Positions 30,603 to 40,450 of a stretch of 64,000 nt of DNA are shown here, in pieces. The stretch lies in IMG/VR virus record IMGVR_UViG_3300010338_000470; one strand, 5' to 3'. The notes under the pieces are model-generated. The model was not told the origin of the DNA. It did no database searches and saw only the letters and a list, made by a program, of their open reading frames with translations. Within the stretch, counting starts at the first letter, position 1, and every line of letters starts with the position of its first letter. Both the position numbers and the translations under genes were made by a program. The stretch comes from a virus. Its lineage: Duplodnaviria; Caudoviricetes.

Positions 30603-31156
30603 CTTACCCCCCTGTCCTTAGCGTTCTGTCCTTCCTCACTTCGCCTGTAGGTCCACTTCTTCTGCTGAATGCAGTGAAACCTTGCCCCGGCATCAAGAAG
30701 CTTCAACCATAGCTTCCAGTCTTCGTAAGGTGAGTCACCGAAGCCCTCAACCTCACGGAACTTGCTGGCACGGACAAGCGATGTGACCGGAATGAAGTTG
30801 TTTCCCTTCAGGGCTTCAGCATTGAAGGGAACGTCTGTTGGGTAGTCAAAGTTCTTGCGACACCACGTATATACGACGTCGTTTACGCACAAGTAAGGCA
30901 AGCAAGTCTCAATGAAGTCCTCATCAAGGAGATCATCATCGTCCAGAAAAAGGAACCACTCCGAATCACTACAGGCTTCGGAATCAACAATGGCGTTGCG
31001 TGTGGCCCCAGGGCCATCATGATCAAAATCAAACTTGAACTCATGTGAGTCCACTGGAACGGTTTGAGCCTGAACTGACTGTTGACATTCGAAAAGATGC
31101 CTTGGGTCACGTTCAGGTAGTACCGGAGTAACAACAGTGATTATTGGGACCTTCAA
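30599..31156 (-). CDS. GT2 glycosyltransferase
   Basis: ITVVTP, GATRN, FLDDDD, EDWKLW; TTG start overlaps the upstream stop. Confidence 0.85.
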   Translation of the reverse strand: MKVPIITVVTPVLPERDPRHLFECQQSVQAQTVPVDSHEFKFDFDHDGPGATRNAIVDSEACSDSEWFLFLDDDDLLDEDFIETCLPYLCVNDVVYTWCRKNFDYPTDVPFNAEALKGNNFIPVTSLVRASKFREVEGFGDSPYEDWKLWLKLLDAGARFHCIQQKKWTYRRSEEGQNAKDRGVR

Positions 31157-31506
31157 GGTGCTGACACCTCCGCCAGGAAGGTCTGAGCCCCCGCAATGCC
31201 AAAGGCTGCCACTAGGAAAGTGAGTGGCCCGTCCATCTCTACGACAACGAGCGAGAGACCCGCCAACAGGAAGGACACCCAGACCCCAACGCAAACCTGA
31301 CAACCAAGAAGGTACGACAGGGCGTGCCTCACTCCTGACTCCCTGAAGCCCCCAGAGGGCTTCTGGACAAGCTTGACGATGAGGCTATCCCTGAGGGGCT
31401 CCCACCATTTATCGGTCGCTACAAGCTTCGAGAGACGGTATGAGACAAGCCCCAAGAGGAGGACGAACCAAAGAACTTCATCCGGTCGGGCGATAGAAAG
31501 CTCCAT
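31153..31506 (-). CDS. DUF1360-like membrane protein
   Basis: YRLSKLVATD...PLR...LLGCQVCVGVWVS. Confidence 0.75.
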   Translation of the reverse strand: MELSIARPDEVLWFVLLLGLVSYRLSKLVATDKWWEPLRDSLIVKLVQKPSGGFRESGVRHALSYLLGCQVCVGVWVSFLLAGLSLVVVEMDGPLTFLVAAFGIAGAQTFLAEVSAP

Positions 31507-31912
31507 AGGTGTACAGATTACATGCCTGCTTCTTCGGGTCATCCGACCCAGCCCCGACAGCACCACACAGACAGGACCAATGTCCAGTGCTGTTGAAGAG
31601 GATGGAGGCATGGTTGTGCGCCAACATCTGACCCTGAATGGAAGCGACTCTCTCCTTGAGTTCATCACTGTTTAGGTACTCGGGACCCGTTCGGCTTCCC
31701 TTTCTAGAATTGCAAATGCTGCAAGCTAGCTTTAGGTTGCTGAAATCGCTGGTCCCGCCCCTGGATAAAGGGACATCGTGATCGATGGTCATTCGACGCT
31801 TAGGAAGGCCCTCTTCGAAAAAAACACCACAGAAGGCGCAAACAGGCCCATCTCTATCGAGAAGCTCCTCGTAGAGGTGCCTTCTCTTCCTCCAGGAGGG
31901 GCGCTTAGCCAA
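31478..31912 (-). CDS. HNH endonuclease
   Basis: RDGPVCAFCG...TIDHDVPLSRGG...NLKLACSICNSRKG. Confidence 0.88.
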   Translation of the reverse strand: MAKRPSWRKRRHLYEELLDRDGPVCAFCGVFFEEGLPKRRMTIDHDVPLSRGGTSDFSNLKLACSICNSRKGSRTGPEYLNSDELKERVASIQGQMLAHNHASILFNSTGHWSCLCGAVGAGSDDPKKQACNLYTYGAFYRPTG

Positions 31913-31943
31913 GCCTAGACACTTCCGTGCACACGACTACAGT

Positions 31944-32930
31944 CTAGCTTCTAGCCCTCTCCAAAACAAGCTCCCTGAGTTCAGCTGCAAACTCAGGATT
32001 CTCATCCAAGAATCCAGCAGCATTCCTCTCGCCTTGACCCATCTTCTCCCCGTCCAAAGTGGCATACCACGACCCACTCTTCTGCACAAGCTCTCGACTT
32101 AAGGCCTCTCGGAGAAGAGAAACCGATGGGAGGAATCCCTTACCGAACTCGACATCAACTTCAGCCTGCTTGAACGGTGGGGCCACCTTGTTCTTCACGA
32201 CCTTCACACGCACCTTAGAGCCGAGGACCTCACTGCCATCCTTCACATTCTCGATCCTACGAATATCTATACGAACTGAAGAATAGAACTTTAGAGCCCT
32301 ACCTCCTGGGGTTACCTCTGGGGATCCCCACATTACCCCCACCTTCTCGCGGAGCTGATTCACGAAGAGGACAGTCGTGTTCGTCTCGTGGACGTTGCCG
32401 ACGATCTTCCTCATGGCTTGAGACATCATACGGGCCTGGGCACCGATATGAGAGTCCCCCATCTCCCCCTTCAGCTCGGCCCGCGGGGTGAGCGCTGCCA
32501 CTGAATCGACAACGATCAGAGGAAAATCCCGAGTCGCAGCCAAGGAGTCCACAATCTCCAGACCCTCCTCCCCGGTTGTCGGCTGAGCTATAAAAATCGA
32601 AGCAACGTCAACCCCCAGAGCCTCGGCATATCCGGGGTCCAAGGCGTGTTCAGCATCGATGTAGGCAACTTCCTTGCCCAACTTCTGAGCCTCCGCAACG
32701 GTATGCAGCATCAGGGTGGACTTTCCTGAGGATTCAGGTCCGTACACTTCAGCTACCCGCCCACGCGGGAACCCACCGATCCCTAGAGCCAAATCAATAG
32801 AAATGTTCCCCGTGGACAGGGACTCAATCTCTAGCTCTGGGCGGTCACCCATTCGCATCAAAGAAGTGGACCCAAACTGCTTATGGATCTTGTCAATGGC
32901 ACTTTGACCTTCAGGACTTATCAACTTCAC
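31944..32930 (-). CDS. recA: RecA recombinase
   Basis: YGPESSGKST, IDAEHALD, VDSVAAL, GGRALKFYSSVR, VKNKVAPPF. Confidence 0.97.
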   Translation of the reverse strand: MKLISPEGQSAIDKIHKQFGSTSLMRMGDRPELEIESLSTGNISIDLALGIGGFPRGRVAEVYGPESSGKSTLMLHTVAEAQKLGKEVAYIDAEHALDPGYAEALGVDVASIFIAQPTTGEEGLEIVDSLAATRDFPLIVVDSVAALTPRAELKGEMGDSHIGAQARMMSQAMRKIVGNVHETNTTVLFVNQLREKVGVMWGSPEVTPGGRALKFYSSVRIDIRRIENVKDGSEVLGSKVRVKVVKNKVAPPFKQAEVDVEFGKGFLPSVSLLREALSRELVQKSGSWYATLDGEKMGQGERNAAGFLDENPEFAAELRELVLERARS

Positions 32931-33093
32931 TCTCTTTCAGGTTAGAAAACAACTCCACGAGAAGTGGAGCACAGGAACCACACCCGCGACATGCGGGCAG
33001 CTCCCTCAACAAGGCAACAAGAGAGTCACCACTGGAAGCAGCGGCCTCTTCTACCTCTGATGAGGTGATACCTTGACACGAGCAAACAATCAC
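32911..33093 (-). CDS. BFD-like [2Fe-2S] protein
   Basis: MIVCSC...CGSC. Confidence 0.75.
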   Translation of the reverse strand: MIVCSCQGITSSEVEEAAASSGDSLVALLRELPACRGCGSCAPLLVELFSNLKESEVDKS

Positions 33094-33575
33094 TAGAGCT
33101 TGTGGGCAGTCACCCTACATCCTTCCAGTTCCTCCTGGACGATACGCCTGTAAATCTCCCAGTCGCCCCCGCCCAACCCGCAACCCATCAGGAAAGGGAT
33201 ATGAATATCCCTACCCGCAAGAGGAAAGCTATTGGAGTTTTCGATAACAGAGTTTAGCTTGGAAAAGCCCGATCGAACAGCCCCATACTCCGTCATTCGA
33301 CCATTGCGGCTATACCGATTCTGTCCAAACAGATTGACAACCACGAGTTCAGGGTTATCCTCAATCTGAACAATGTCGATCTTCCCAAGCAGCAAAGAGT
33401 TGCAGTCCTTGCTTCGCTCAACCATGTTCGCATAGCTCTGGAAAACCTCGGGGTAACGGTTCCTCAGTGCCAGAGCGACTCCCCCGCCCATCACTCCCTT
33501 GCAGTTCACCTGATGGACAAGAATTCCAGATTCCACATCCAACAAGTCTCCAAGTCTTACCGTGATATTACTCAA
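33093..33575 (-). CDS. macrodomain protein (ADP-ribose processing)
   Basis: GDLL, HQVNCKGVMGGGVA, NLFGQ, MGCGLGGGDW. Confidence 0.9.
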   Translation of the reverse strand: MSNITVRLGDLLDVESGILVHQVNCKGVMGGGVALALRNRYPEVFQSYANMVERSKDCNSLLLGKIDIVQIEDNPELVVVNLFGQNRYSRNGRMTEYGAVRSGFSKLNSVIENSNSFPLAGRDIHIPFLMGCGLGGGDWEIYRRIVQEELEGCRVTAHKL

Positions 33576-33640
33576 GGGTGTCCAATCTCTAGTCGAAGAA
33601 AGTTCCGATACCGAATCCTACTTCCGAGATCTTCGCGAAG

Positions 33641-36600
33641 TCAGCCAGACAGGTCGATCTCGCATGCCTCAGTATCGCAGAAGCGGCTATCTGAAGCATC
33701 TGCGGTCTTGCCAGAGTCATAGACGGCCTTCAGGTTCACCTTACGGAGTCCCTTGCGTATACGCTCCGCTTCCTCCGCTGACAACACCTCAAACGGAGCC
33801 TGAGCGTACCCACCTTCGTCCTGTGGCGGCAAGAAGGAGATCGTCTTGAACTGTCCAGCCTTTGAACGGAGAAGAGGGTAGATCTGATCTGCCTCATCCT
33901 TACTGAAGGTCACGGTCACGGATACAGCATTGTCTGCCCACCACATCTGCACAAAGGCAGCCAACTCGGCCTTCTCCCAAATCGAAACTTCATGCTCCGA
34001 CCTCATGTCCAAGCCATCCACGGGAAACTCCGCAACGACCGTCCAATTTGGATCATTCAAGTCTGGTTCAACAAGAAACTTGGACTTCTCCAGAATGGAC
34101 ACCAACGGATCATTCCTATGGAACCTCATCCTACGCAAGAAGACTCCTGCATTCGTAGGCCAGTGGACCCCCGGAGAAGTGCCAGCAAGCAAGGATGTGG
34201 AACCAGCAGGCTTAGAGGTTGTCAAGCGAATGGACTGACGCACTCCAAGCCACTCCGAGTACTGAGTGTCCTTTTCCTTCAGGTACTCGTACCCCTCGGA
34301 CAAGTAATTCTTGAGTGTGTCCCAACCTTGCTTCTCAACAAACTCAGCAGTGCCGGTAGTCGAGACGCCAATGCGTCGATTCCTGACAATGACTTCATTC
34401 GTTTCGGCCCAAGGGGTGGGGAGTAGGGTTACCGTCTTGGCGTACAACATGGCCACCTTACATGTAGCCAACCAGTCATCCATGCCTTCAGCATTATTGA
34501 TGTACGTCTCGGCAAGGCACTGATAGGTCAGGGCATTGCCAAAAACGCCCATGTGCTTCACGGGCTCCGTAAAGCAGAATGTGTCTCTCCCCACATCGAC
34601 CAACTCAACGGAAACGACCTTCTGCTTTCGAATCAATGAGATAGGCCTGCCATCAGGGTGAGCGTTGTTTTCCATGGACCCCACGTCGGGACGGTTCTCG
34701 ACAACCTTCAACTTTGTCGGAATCATCGCGCACTCGTGAGCTGGAATACGCAAGGCGTACAGGTCCCTCGTGCGTCTCCCCTTGTTGGTAATGGCTCCCG
34801 CTGGAGCCTCCAAATGTACTGAGGCAGCGTTCACACCGCAACGCCTCAGCAGAATCTGGGCGTCTCGCAACTTCTTCTCGGAACCATGCAAGATGAGGTG
34901 TTGGGACCGTGGGTTCCTGCGAACGGACCCGTCAGCGTCGATCCATCCAGCCATGAAGTCAGCCACAGAGTCAGCATCCCATTGGAACACTTCATCTGGG
35001 AGGCCCTCGCTGGAGTTCCTAAGCCGTCTGCCCTCTTCACTGGAAATGTACTCGGAGACGTTCACCCTCGTGAAGGGATGCGAATAACCCTCTGGGTGCT
35101 GCCACGCTCTCTCTACTCCCGCTAGTGCTGGGAGTAGGACCTCAGACTCTGGCTCCTGCACGAGGGCTAGCGCCTGGTCTCCATCCATGAACCCGTCTCC
35201 AGCGAAGAACCCCCACTGGTAGGCATGCTCGAAATGCTCCCCAATTGACTTGAACTCCAATGCAAAGTTTGGCAGGTCCATTCCCGGCTCAAGTTCAAGT
35301 GTGGACAGTTTCTTGAATGAGCGCTCGGTGGGGCGCTTAGCTGACCACTCATGATTATCGGTCACATCGAGCTGGCTGCCGTCACTGAGCGTGACCCTGT
35401 AGAGAGCCTTGTTGTGGGCTGCCAGGAAGGGCCTCACCTTCGACCAGGATTCACCATTCCAGACCTCGACCTCCTGATCCACAACATCCTCAATGCGGGG
35501 GGCTCCAGTCTTCGTCTGGATTCGAGTCTCGCCCGAGACACAGCACAATTCATGAGATTCCAGGGGGATCTCAGCGCAATTATGCGCCCAGAGACCATTA
35601 GCATCAAAGGCATGGACGCCTTCAACTGTAGCATCGTAAACCTCTTCGGTTCCATCTGGGTCAATAGCAGCGATAACCGATTCAAATGAATCCCTGTGCA
35701 GTGGACGATTGTAGGCAGCGAGCCTATCCCTAAGCTTGGCTGCCTTCACTGGGTTCCTCATTGGGATACGATCAGCGAAAACGGAGAGGTTCTCCCTTGA
35801 TACAATCAGTTCCCAAAGGGGTTGCCTCTGGTAAAGGGCGCTGCCCCCCCGACCATCAGGCAAGAGGACCTCAGAAGTCTCCCTGCGGAAATAGATCGTG
35901 CTGTTGATTCCAAGGCGTCCAAGCATCCTTTGAGCTGCCCCGAGCATATCCCTGTCAATTGATGTCAGGCGAACGGAAACACCCTTAGTTTGCGTCCCCT
36001 GAATTGATCCATCCGTGTCGAACAGGCCAGCCAGCACGCCAGCCGTGAAATCACTGGACCCCTCTTCGATCTTGTCTGTAATCGTCTTGTTGCCCCTGAA
36101 AACTCCGAACTTGTCGGCCAGGTTAGTCAGTCCAGCAGTACCCAAGCGATACTGGTTAGAAGTCTTGACCCAGCCCTTGAAGGTCGGTCCAACCCCAAGA
36201 GCCTCAACGTCCTCAAGGAGAGTGGCCATAACTGCACCAGACCCATTGTCATGATCTGGCCAGCATGCCAGGTACGCTCTGGCGTCATCGAAAGTGCCGT
36301 CACCAATAAGGTGGCCAAGCATGTAGCCCTCCGATTCTGACCCAGGGCCATCCCAAGAATAAGACCCGTGACGATGCACCTTGATGGCATCGCCAGCCTC
36401 CAAGTCCGCCAGCTCAACCCACTGGCCATCCGCTCGGAGCAGCTGATGATTGTCCGTCAGCCTGAGTTCGCGACCGTCCGTGAACACGACCTTGAACACA
36501 TCCTTTTCACCAGTTTTCCAGAACCCGGTTGGAGAAGCGTACTCTTGACCATCAACTACCGCTGTAAACGGGGAATCCAGAAGGTCTACTACCTTCCTCG

Positions 36601-38209
36601 CCCCATTACTGGTCAGGACCCATGTATCGCCAGTCACGCAAGGGTTAACCCCAGTGACCCTATAGTCCTTGTTGTCGGGAGGATCAGCCAGCCGCCCACG
36701 GCTCCTGGCAACGTCAAGCCAGACAATTCCAGGCTCACCGTTCACGATGTTGGACTCGATGATGTGGGAAAGATCAGTAGAAACTTCGGCCGCAACAGAG
36801 TTGTTGGAATTCCAGCTCCAACCGTCCGGGCCAGTGCGTTCAGCGTTCTCTGGAAGATTCCAGTTCTTCAGGTTGATGTAATCCTCGTCGTCGGGTGACC
36901 CGAGTGCGAGTTCAGCACTGCGACGCGCTCCTCCTGCAACGACTGCCTTTCCAATCAGGTTCTGAATGTCGACAATGTCACGCGAGGTTAGAGGTTCCCC
37001 CTCGCGATCAGAGAGAAGCCTTCTCACTGATTCGTGCAAGCTCTGGAGAGGGCCTGGTCCTGAGGCCGTACCTCCGAAGGTCTTGAGGGGGGCTCCAGCG
37101 GGCCTCACCAAGGAGTAGTCGAACTCGACTGGCTTCTGCCCTGCCAAGAAAAATGTCACCAGTAGGTGTCCCACGGAGTCGGCCCACCCCTCCCTCGTAT
37201 CTGGGACAACAAAAACTTCAGGCTCGCCACTCGGCTCATGAAGGGTGATGTTGCCAGCGCCCTTCGTATCGAACCCAACCCCAATGCCATTCATGCTCAT
37301 GTCCATGAGCCTCACAAATGGAAGGGTTGCTTCGTACTTGGAGTGCGAAGTGATTTTCTCTGTCGAAATCCAGGCGCAGTTTCCTGTGAGAATGTTGCCC
37401 TCGATTACAAATGCAGCTTCATCCGGGACGGTAGCACAGAAAACTTCCGCCCTCCTGCCCGTGCACTCAACATTGACAACGGTCCAGGATTCCTCCGAAG
37501 TCGAGTTAACTCCTTGCTCGTACACCTCCTGAAGTACATGTGCTGGCCTCAGGTCGCGAGTCGAAACCTCTCTGTAGTCAGCGCTGGAACCACCTGATTC
37601 CTGCTTGCCCTTGACGAACCAACGGTGGTTTTCTGTAGTCAGGAATGAGAGGGTCTCTCCCGCCCCCTTGACCGTAACTTCCCATAGCTCCTCCTCTCCA
37701 AAAGAGGAAACTGGGGCTTCAATCCACTTACCCCCCCTACTCAACAGAGTGGGCGTGGTGCCAGAGAGGCTTCTTAGGGTCTTCCAGCCTCTAGTGGTCA
37801 AAGCCAGGGTTTCCCCATCGAAGCAGTTGTACAGGGGGGCTGAGTTGGAATTTCCAACAGTCATCTCTGTGCCCATGGCCCACATGCCTCGACCGGGAGG
37901 GGTCCACTTGAAGTTGAACATCCGGTCGTAAGCGTCCTGGGCAGCCTTCTGGGCCTTGTGGTCATTCCAGGGTGTCCGCTGACCCCTGCACCAATCCTTT
38001 TGGATTGAGAACATGCCCTCGACTACCCTACGGCAAGTTTCGTGCCAGCGCTCCTTGGTCCCGTCATCCTTGATCCTTGAGTACTTGCTGATGTAGGTCA
38101 GTTCCCCTAGGCTCAGGCCTTCGTGGATGTTAAACCCCCACGGAATGGACTTGTTAGCGTACTGCTCAACAAAGGAATCTGAAAGACGAAAGGAAAGGAA
38201 CTCTGACAC
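33641..38209 (-). CDS. nrdJ: class II (B12-dependent) ribonucleotide reductase with three inteins
   Basis: PPGRG, N|C, NP|CAE, NRRIG, SKPAGS, C-terminal FCDTEAC. Confidence 0.93.
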   Translation of the reverse strand: MSEFLSFRLSDSFVEQYANKSIPWGFNIHEGLSLGELTYISKYSRIKDDGTKERWHETCRRVVEGMFSIQKDWCRGQRTPWNDHKAQKAAQDAYDRMFNFKWTPPGRGMWAMGTEMTVGNSNSAPLYNCFDGETLALTTRGWKTLRSLSGTTPTLLSRGGKWIEAPVSSFGEEELWEVTVKGAGETLSFLTTENHRWFVKGKQESGGSSADYREVSTRDLRPAHVLQEVYEQGVNSTSEESWTVVNVECTGRRAEVFCATVPDEAAFVIEGNILTGNCAWISTEKITSHSKYEATLPFVRLMDMSMNGIGVGFDTKGAGNITLHEPSGEPEVFVVPDTREGWADSVGHLLVTFFLAGQKPVEFDYSLVRPAGAPLKTFGGTASGPGPLQSLHESVRRLLSDREGEPLTSRDIVDIQNLIGKAVVAGGARRSAELALGSPDDEDYINLKNWNLPENAERTGPDGWSWNSNNSVAAEVSTDLSHIIESNIVNGEPGIVWLDVARSRGRLADPPDNKDYRVTGVNPCVTGDTWVLTSNGARKVVDLLDSPFTAVVDGQEYASPTGFWKTGEKDVFKVVFTDGRELRLTDNHQLLRADGQWVELADLEAGDAIKVHRHGSYSWDGPGSESEGYMLGHLIGDGTFDDARAYLACWPDHDNGSGAVMATLLEDVEALGVGPTFKGWVKTSNQYRLGTAGLTNLADKFGVFRGNKTITDKIEEGSSDFTAGVLAGLFDTDGSIQGTQTKGVSVRLTSIDRDMLGAAQRMLGRLGINSTIYFRRETSEVLLPDGRGGSALYQRQPLWELIVSRENLSVFADRIPMRNPVKAAKLRDRLAAYNRPLHRDSFESVIAAIDPDGTEEVYDATVEGVHAFDANGLWAHNCAEIPLESHELCCVSGETRIQTKTGAPRIEDVVDQEVEVWNGESWSKVRPFLAAHNKALYRVTLSDGSQLDVTDNHEWSAKRPTERSFKKLSTLELEPGMDLPNFALEFKSIGEHFEHAYQWGFFAGDGFMDGDQALALVQEPESEVLLPALAGVERAWQHPEGYSHPFTRVNVSEYISSEEGRRLRNSSEGLPDEVFQWDADSVADFMAGWIDADGSVRRNPRSQHLILHGSEKKLRDAQILLRRCGVNAASVHLEAPAGAITNKGRRTRDLYALRIPAHECAMIPTKLKVVENRPDVGSMENNAHPDGRPISLIRKQKVVSVELVDVGRDTFCFTEPVKHMGVFGNALTYQCLAETYINNAEGMDDWLATCKVAMLYAKTVTLLPTPWAETNEVIVRNRRIGVSTTGTAEFVEKQGWDTLKNYLSEGYEYLKEKDTQYSEWLGVRQSIRLTTSKPAGSTSLLAGTSPGVHWPTNAGVFLRRMRFHRNDPLVSILEKSKFLVEPDLNDPNWTVVAEFPVDGLDMRSEHEVSIWEKAELAAFVQMWWADNAVSVTVTFSKDEADQIYPLLRSKAGQFKTISFLPPQDEGGYAQAPFEVLSAEEAERIRKGLRKVNLKAVYDSGKTADASDSRFCDTEACEIDLSG
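34520..35542 (-). mobile_element. intein 3 in NrdJ with LAGLIDADG homing endonuclease and C-terminal Gln (341 aa)
   Basis: CVSGET...VTDNHEW...GFFAGDG...AGWIDADG...ALTYQ|C. Confidence 0.88.
35579..36640 (-). mobile_element. intein 2 in NrdJ with LAGLIDADG homing endonuclease (354 aa)
   Basis: CVTGDT...LTDNHQL...LGHLIGDG...LAGLFDTDG...WAHN|C. Confidence 0.92.
37379..37825 (-). mobile_element. mini-intein 1 in NrdJ (149 aa, ends GN)
   Basis: CFDGET...TTENHRWF...VFCATV...ILTGN|C. Confidence 0.9.
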
Positions 38210-38318
38210 TGAAACCTCAATCTGGTAGGGGGGGGTGGACAGGAATTGACTATAGCATGGAGAGTTCCAGGAATCTGGCTAACCCTCCAATTTCAAGTGG
38301 AGAGATGTTGGCTCTGAG

Positions 38319-38495
38319 CTATCTCTCAGGATGAACACGATCGCTGAGATCGGGAAGGTTCCTCAAAGCGTCGTATTCGTCACGCTTCACAAGTGCTTCT
38401 TCTAGAGTCGAAGCGACAGCGAAGGTCTCGCCATTCTCGTCCTTTACTAGGACATCGCCCTTCGTGGCGGAAAGAATGTAGGCATACCTTGGCAT
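38319..38495 (-). CDS. small hypothetical protein (MPRYAYILS...)
   Basis: 58-aa ORF read manually; TGATG coupling to orn. Confidence 0.5.
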   Translation of the reverse strand: MPRYAYILSATKGDVLVKDENGETFAVASTLEEALVKRDEYDALRNLPDLSDRVHPER

Positions 38496-39070
38496 CACTG
38501 ACCCTCGCTGTATCCGTTGAAGAACTTCTCATAATAGAAGGAGGCTTCTTCAATGGTGGAGGAAACATCATCCAAGGCCCTATGCCTCTTCTCTTTGGAG
38601 CCCACCCATCCATCGTTTGGGTGCCAGACCTTGGAAATCTCCTTGATGGAGGAGACATCAATGTTCCTATAGTGGAAAAAGGACTCCAGGTCAGGCATGT
38701 GGACCTTCAAAAAGGCTCTGTCAAAATGAACAGTGCTTCCCATGAGCGGGAACTTCCCCGGAGGGAGTCCAAAAGACTTGAGCCAATCCAGGGCTCTCGA
38801 TTCCACAACATCAGCTGTTGGGACCTCTTTTCCGCCCTCAAGTAGTTCTGACAGGAGTCCACTCTCCTGATGCATGTATCGAACAACCCTGTCCAGGTTG
38901 TCCAGTGGGCCAGCATCACCCGGCCACACCAAGGATTCAAACGATGCAAGTTCATGTAGTTCCTTGTCGGCCACAGTAATGCCCACCTCTAGAATCCATT
39001 CCGTGTCGGGAGACAGGCCCGTAGTTTCTAGATCCAGGCAAATGAAGGCAACGTCATCAGGGTCTACCAC
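38495..39070 (-). CDS. orn: oligoribonuclease (DEDDh)
   Basis: LDLETTGL, HFDRAFL, FFHYRNIDVSSIKE, HRALDD. Confidence 0.92.
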   Translation of the reverse strand: MVDPDDVAFICLDLETTGLSPDTEWILEVGITVADKELHELASFESLVWPGDAGPLDNLDRVVRYMHQESGLLSELLEGGKEVPTADVVESRALDWLKSFGLPPGKFPLMGSTVHFDRAFLKVHMPDLESFFHYRNIDVSSIKEISKVWHPNDGWVGSKEKRHRALDDVSSTIEEASFYYEKFFNGYSEGQ

Positions 39071-40134
39071 TTTTCCTTCTTTCGGTCCATAGTGAGGATG
39101 GGGGCATTGCATACAATGGCATTCGTCGGGGTCGTTACCCAGAAGGCCTGCTGTGGGGGCTCAAACTCGAAGCCATTCAAGTAAGCGTACTCATCGTACC
39201 CCTTGTTCGCTCCGTTGACAATGATCGACTTGTAATGGGTAAGCTGATGGAAGTGCCCCATAACAAGCACATCGTAATGTCGTCCGGTGTCCATTGAAAG
39301 CTTGCGCTTGCGGGCATCTCCCCTCACCATCGCTGTTGCGATACCGGCAATCCCGTTCCCGCCCCTGAACTGATCACCATGAGTCAACCTGTAGGTTGTG
39401 TTGTAGATCGGAACCATGCAGTCTGCTGACTCAGGGATCTGGAAGGTCACTCGATCATCGGAGCGGAACTCACGTTCGAGGAGCTTGTAGATGAGCCAAT
39501 CTACGTTGTCCCTAACTCGCCCCTTGGTTCTTGGCTTCAAGGTCAGGCGACCATGATTGCCCACCACGCCAGAAACATGAACCTTCCCGAATCTTTCAAC
39601 CATCATCTCAATTCCAGCAGACAGCTCCTCTGACCAGAACAGTACAGTTTCAGGAAGGTGAGCTTCATTGGTTTCTGCTAGGTCGTGAAGGGTTCCGGTG
39701 ACCATGTCTCCGCCCAGGAACAGGTTTAGCCCTTCGTAATCGAATCCGGTGAAGTACCGATCCGTCATCATGATCGTCTTCTCGAATGACCTCTTGAGGC
39801 GCTGCTGGGCAATCTCACGATTGTAAGCATTGAGCCCTTCGATCTCGTCAGGGTTGACCACCTCGTCAAAGTGACAGTCGGAAATCATCAAAGTGGCAAT
39901 AGCTTTGGAGTGATTCTTGTTTGCCTTCGGCAGGGTCCACTTCGGAACTTCCAGCTCAGCCTCATCTATAGTGACCAGCTGGTCAACAAATTCCTCTAGG
40001 TCGGCAATCTGCTTCTCCAGGCGACCCGTTCGGGTCTTCAAGTTCCTGTTTTCCAGTTTGACCTTTTCAAATTTCTCGACTGGCACTTCGCCAAGGCCAG
40101 CTGTGGCCTGGTCTAGGTCTTCACTGAGACTCAT
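39064..40134 (-). CDS. metallophosphoesterase-fold protein with N-terminal coiled coil
   Basis: ISDCHF, GGDMV, GNHGR, THGD, MGHFH. Confidence 0.8.
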   Translation of the reverse strand: MSLSEDLDQATAGLGEVPVEKFEKVKLENRNLKTRTGRLEKQIADLEEFVDQLVTIDEAELEVPKWTLPKANKNHSKAIATLMISDCHFDEVVNPDEIEGLNAYNREIAQQRLKRSFEKTIMMTDRYFTGFDYEGLNLFLGGDMVTGTLHDLAETNEAHLPETVLFWSEELSAGIEMMVERFGKVHVSGVVGNHGRLTLKPRTKGRVRDNVDWLIYKLLEREFRSDDRVTFQIPESADCMVPIYNTTYRLTHGDQFRGGNGIAGIATAMVRGDARKRKLSMDTGRHYDVLVMGHFHQLTHYKSIIVNGANKGYDEYAYLNGFEFEPPQQAFWVTTPTNAIVCNAPILTMDRKKEKW

Positions 40135-40405
40135 GACTCTCCTCGAATCGTAGTTCTGGTGGTATCCAGGCCTCTGCATTGACGAAGCGCCTGACTTGAT
40201 CGTAAGAAACGCTATACCCGTTCTTCTGAAGGACTCGGAAAATGACCTTGGCTGGAATCTTCGGATCGTACAGCGCCCGGAGCAGGGAGGACCGTTCAGG
40301 TTCATCCATCTCCAGCAGGAGGGCCACCAAGCCGTTCACGTTGTGTGTCCCAGAGCGGCCTGCTTCAAGGCTGGACTCTTTGTAGAAGTCTATGCTTTCA
40401 GGCAT
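40121..40405 (-). CDS. small hypothetical (HTH-like) protein
   Basis: GAGG RBS; overlaps the downstream gene. Confidence 0.6.
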   Translation of the reverse strand: MPESIDFYKESSLEAGRSGTHNVNGLVALLLEMDEPERSSLLRALYDPKIPAKVIFRVLQKNGYSVSYDQVRRFVNAEAWIPPELRFEESHESQ

Positions 40406-40450
40406 GCTTACCTCTCGTCTAGTCGATGCTATCACGAACGCCTAGTGTAG

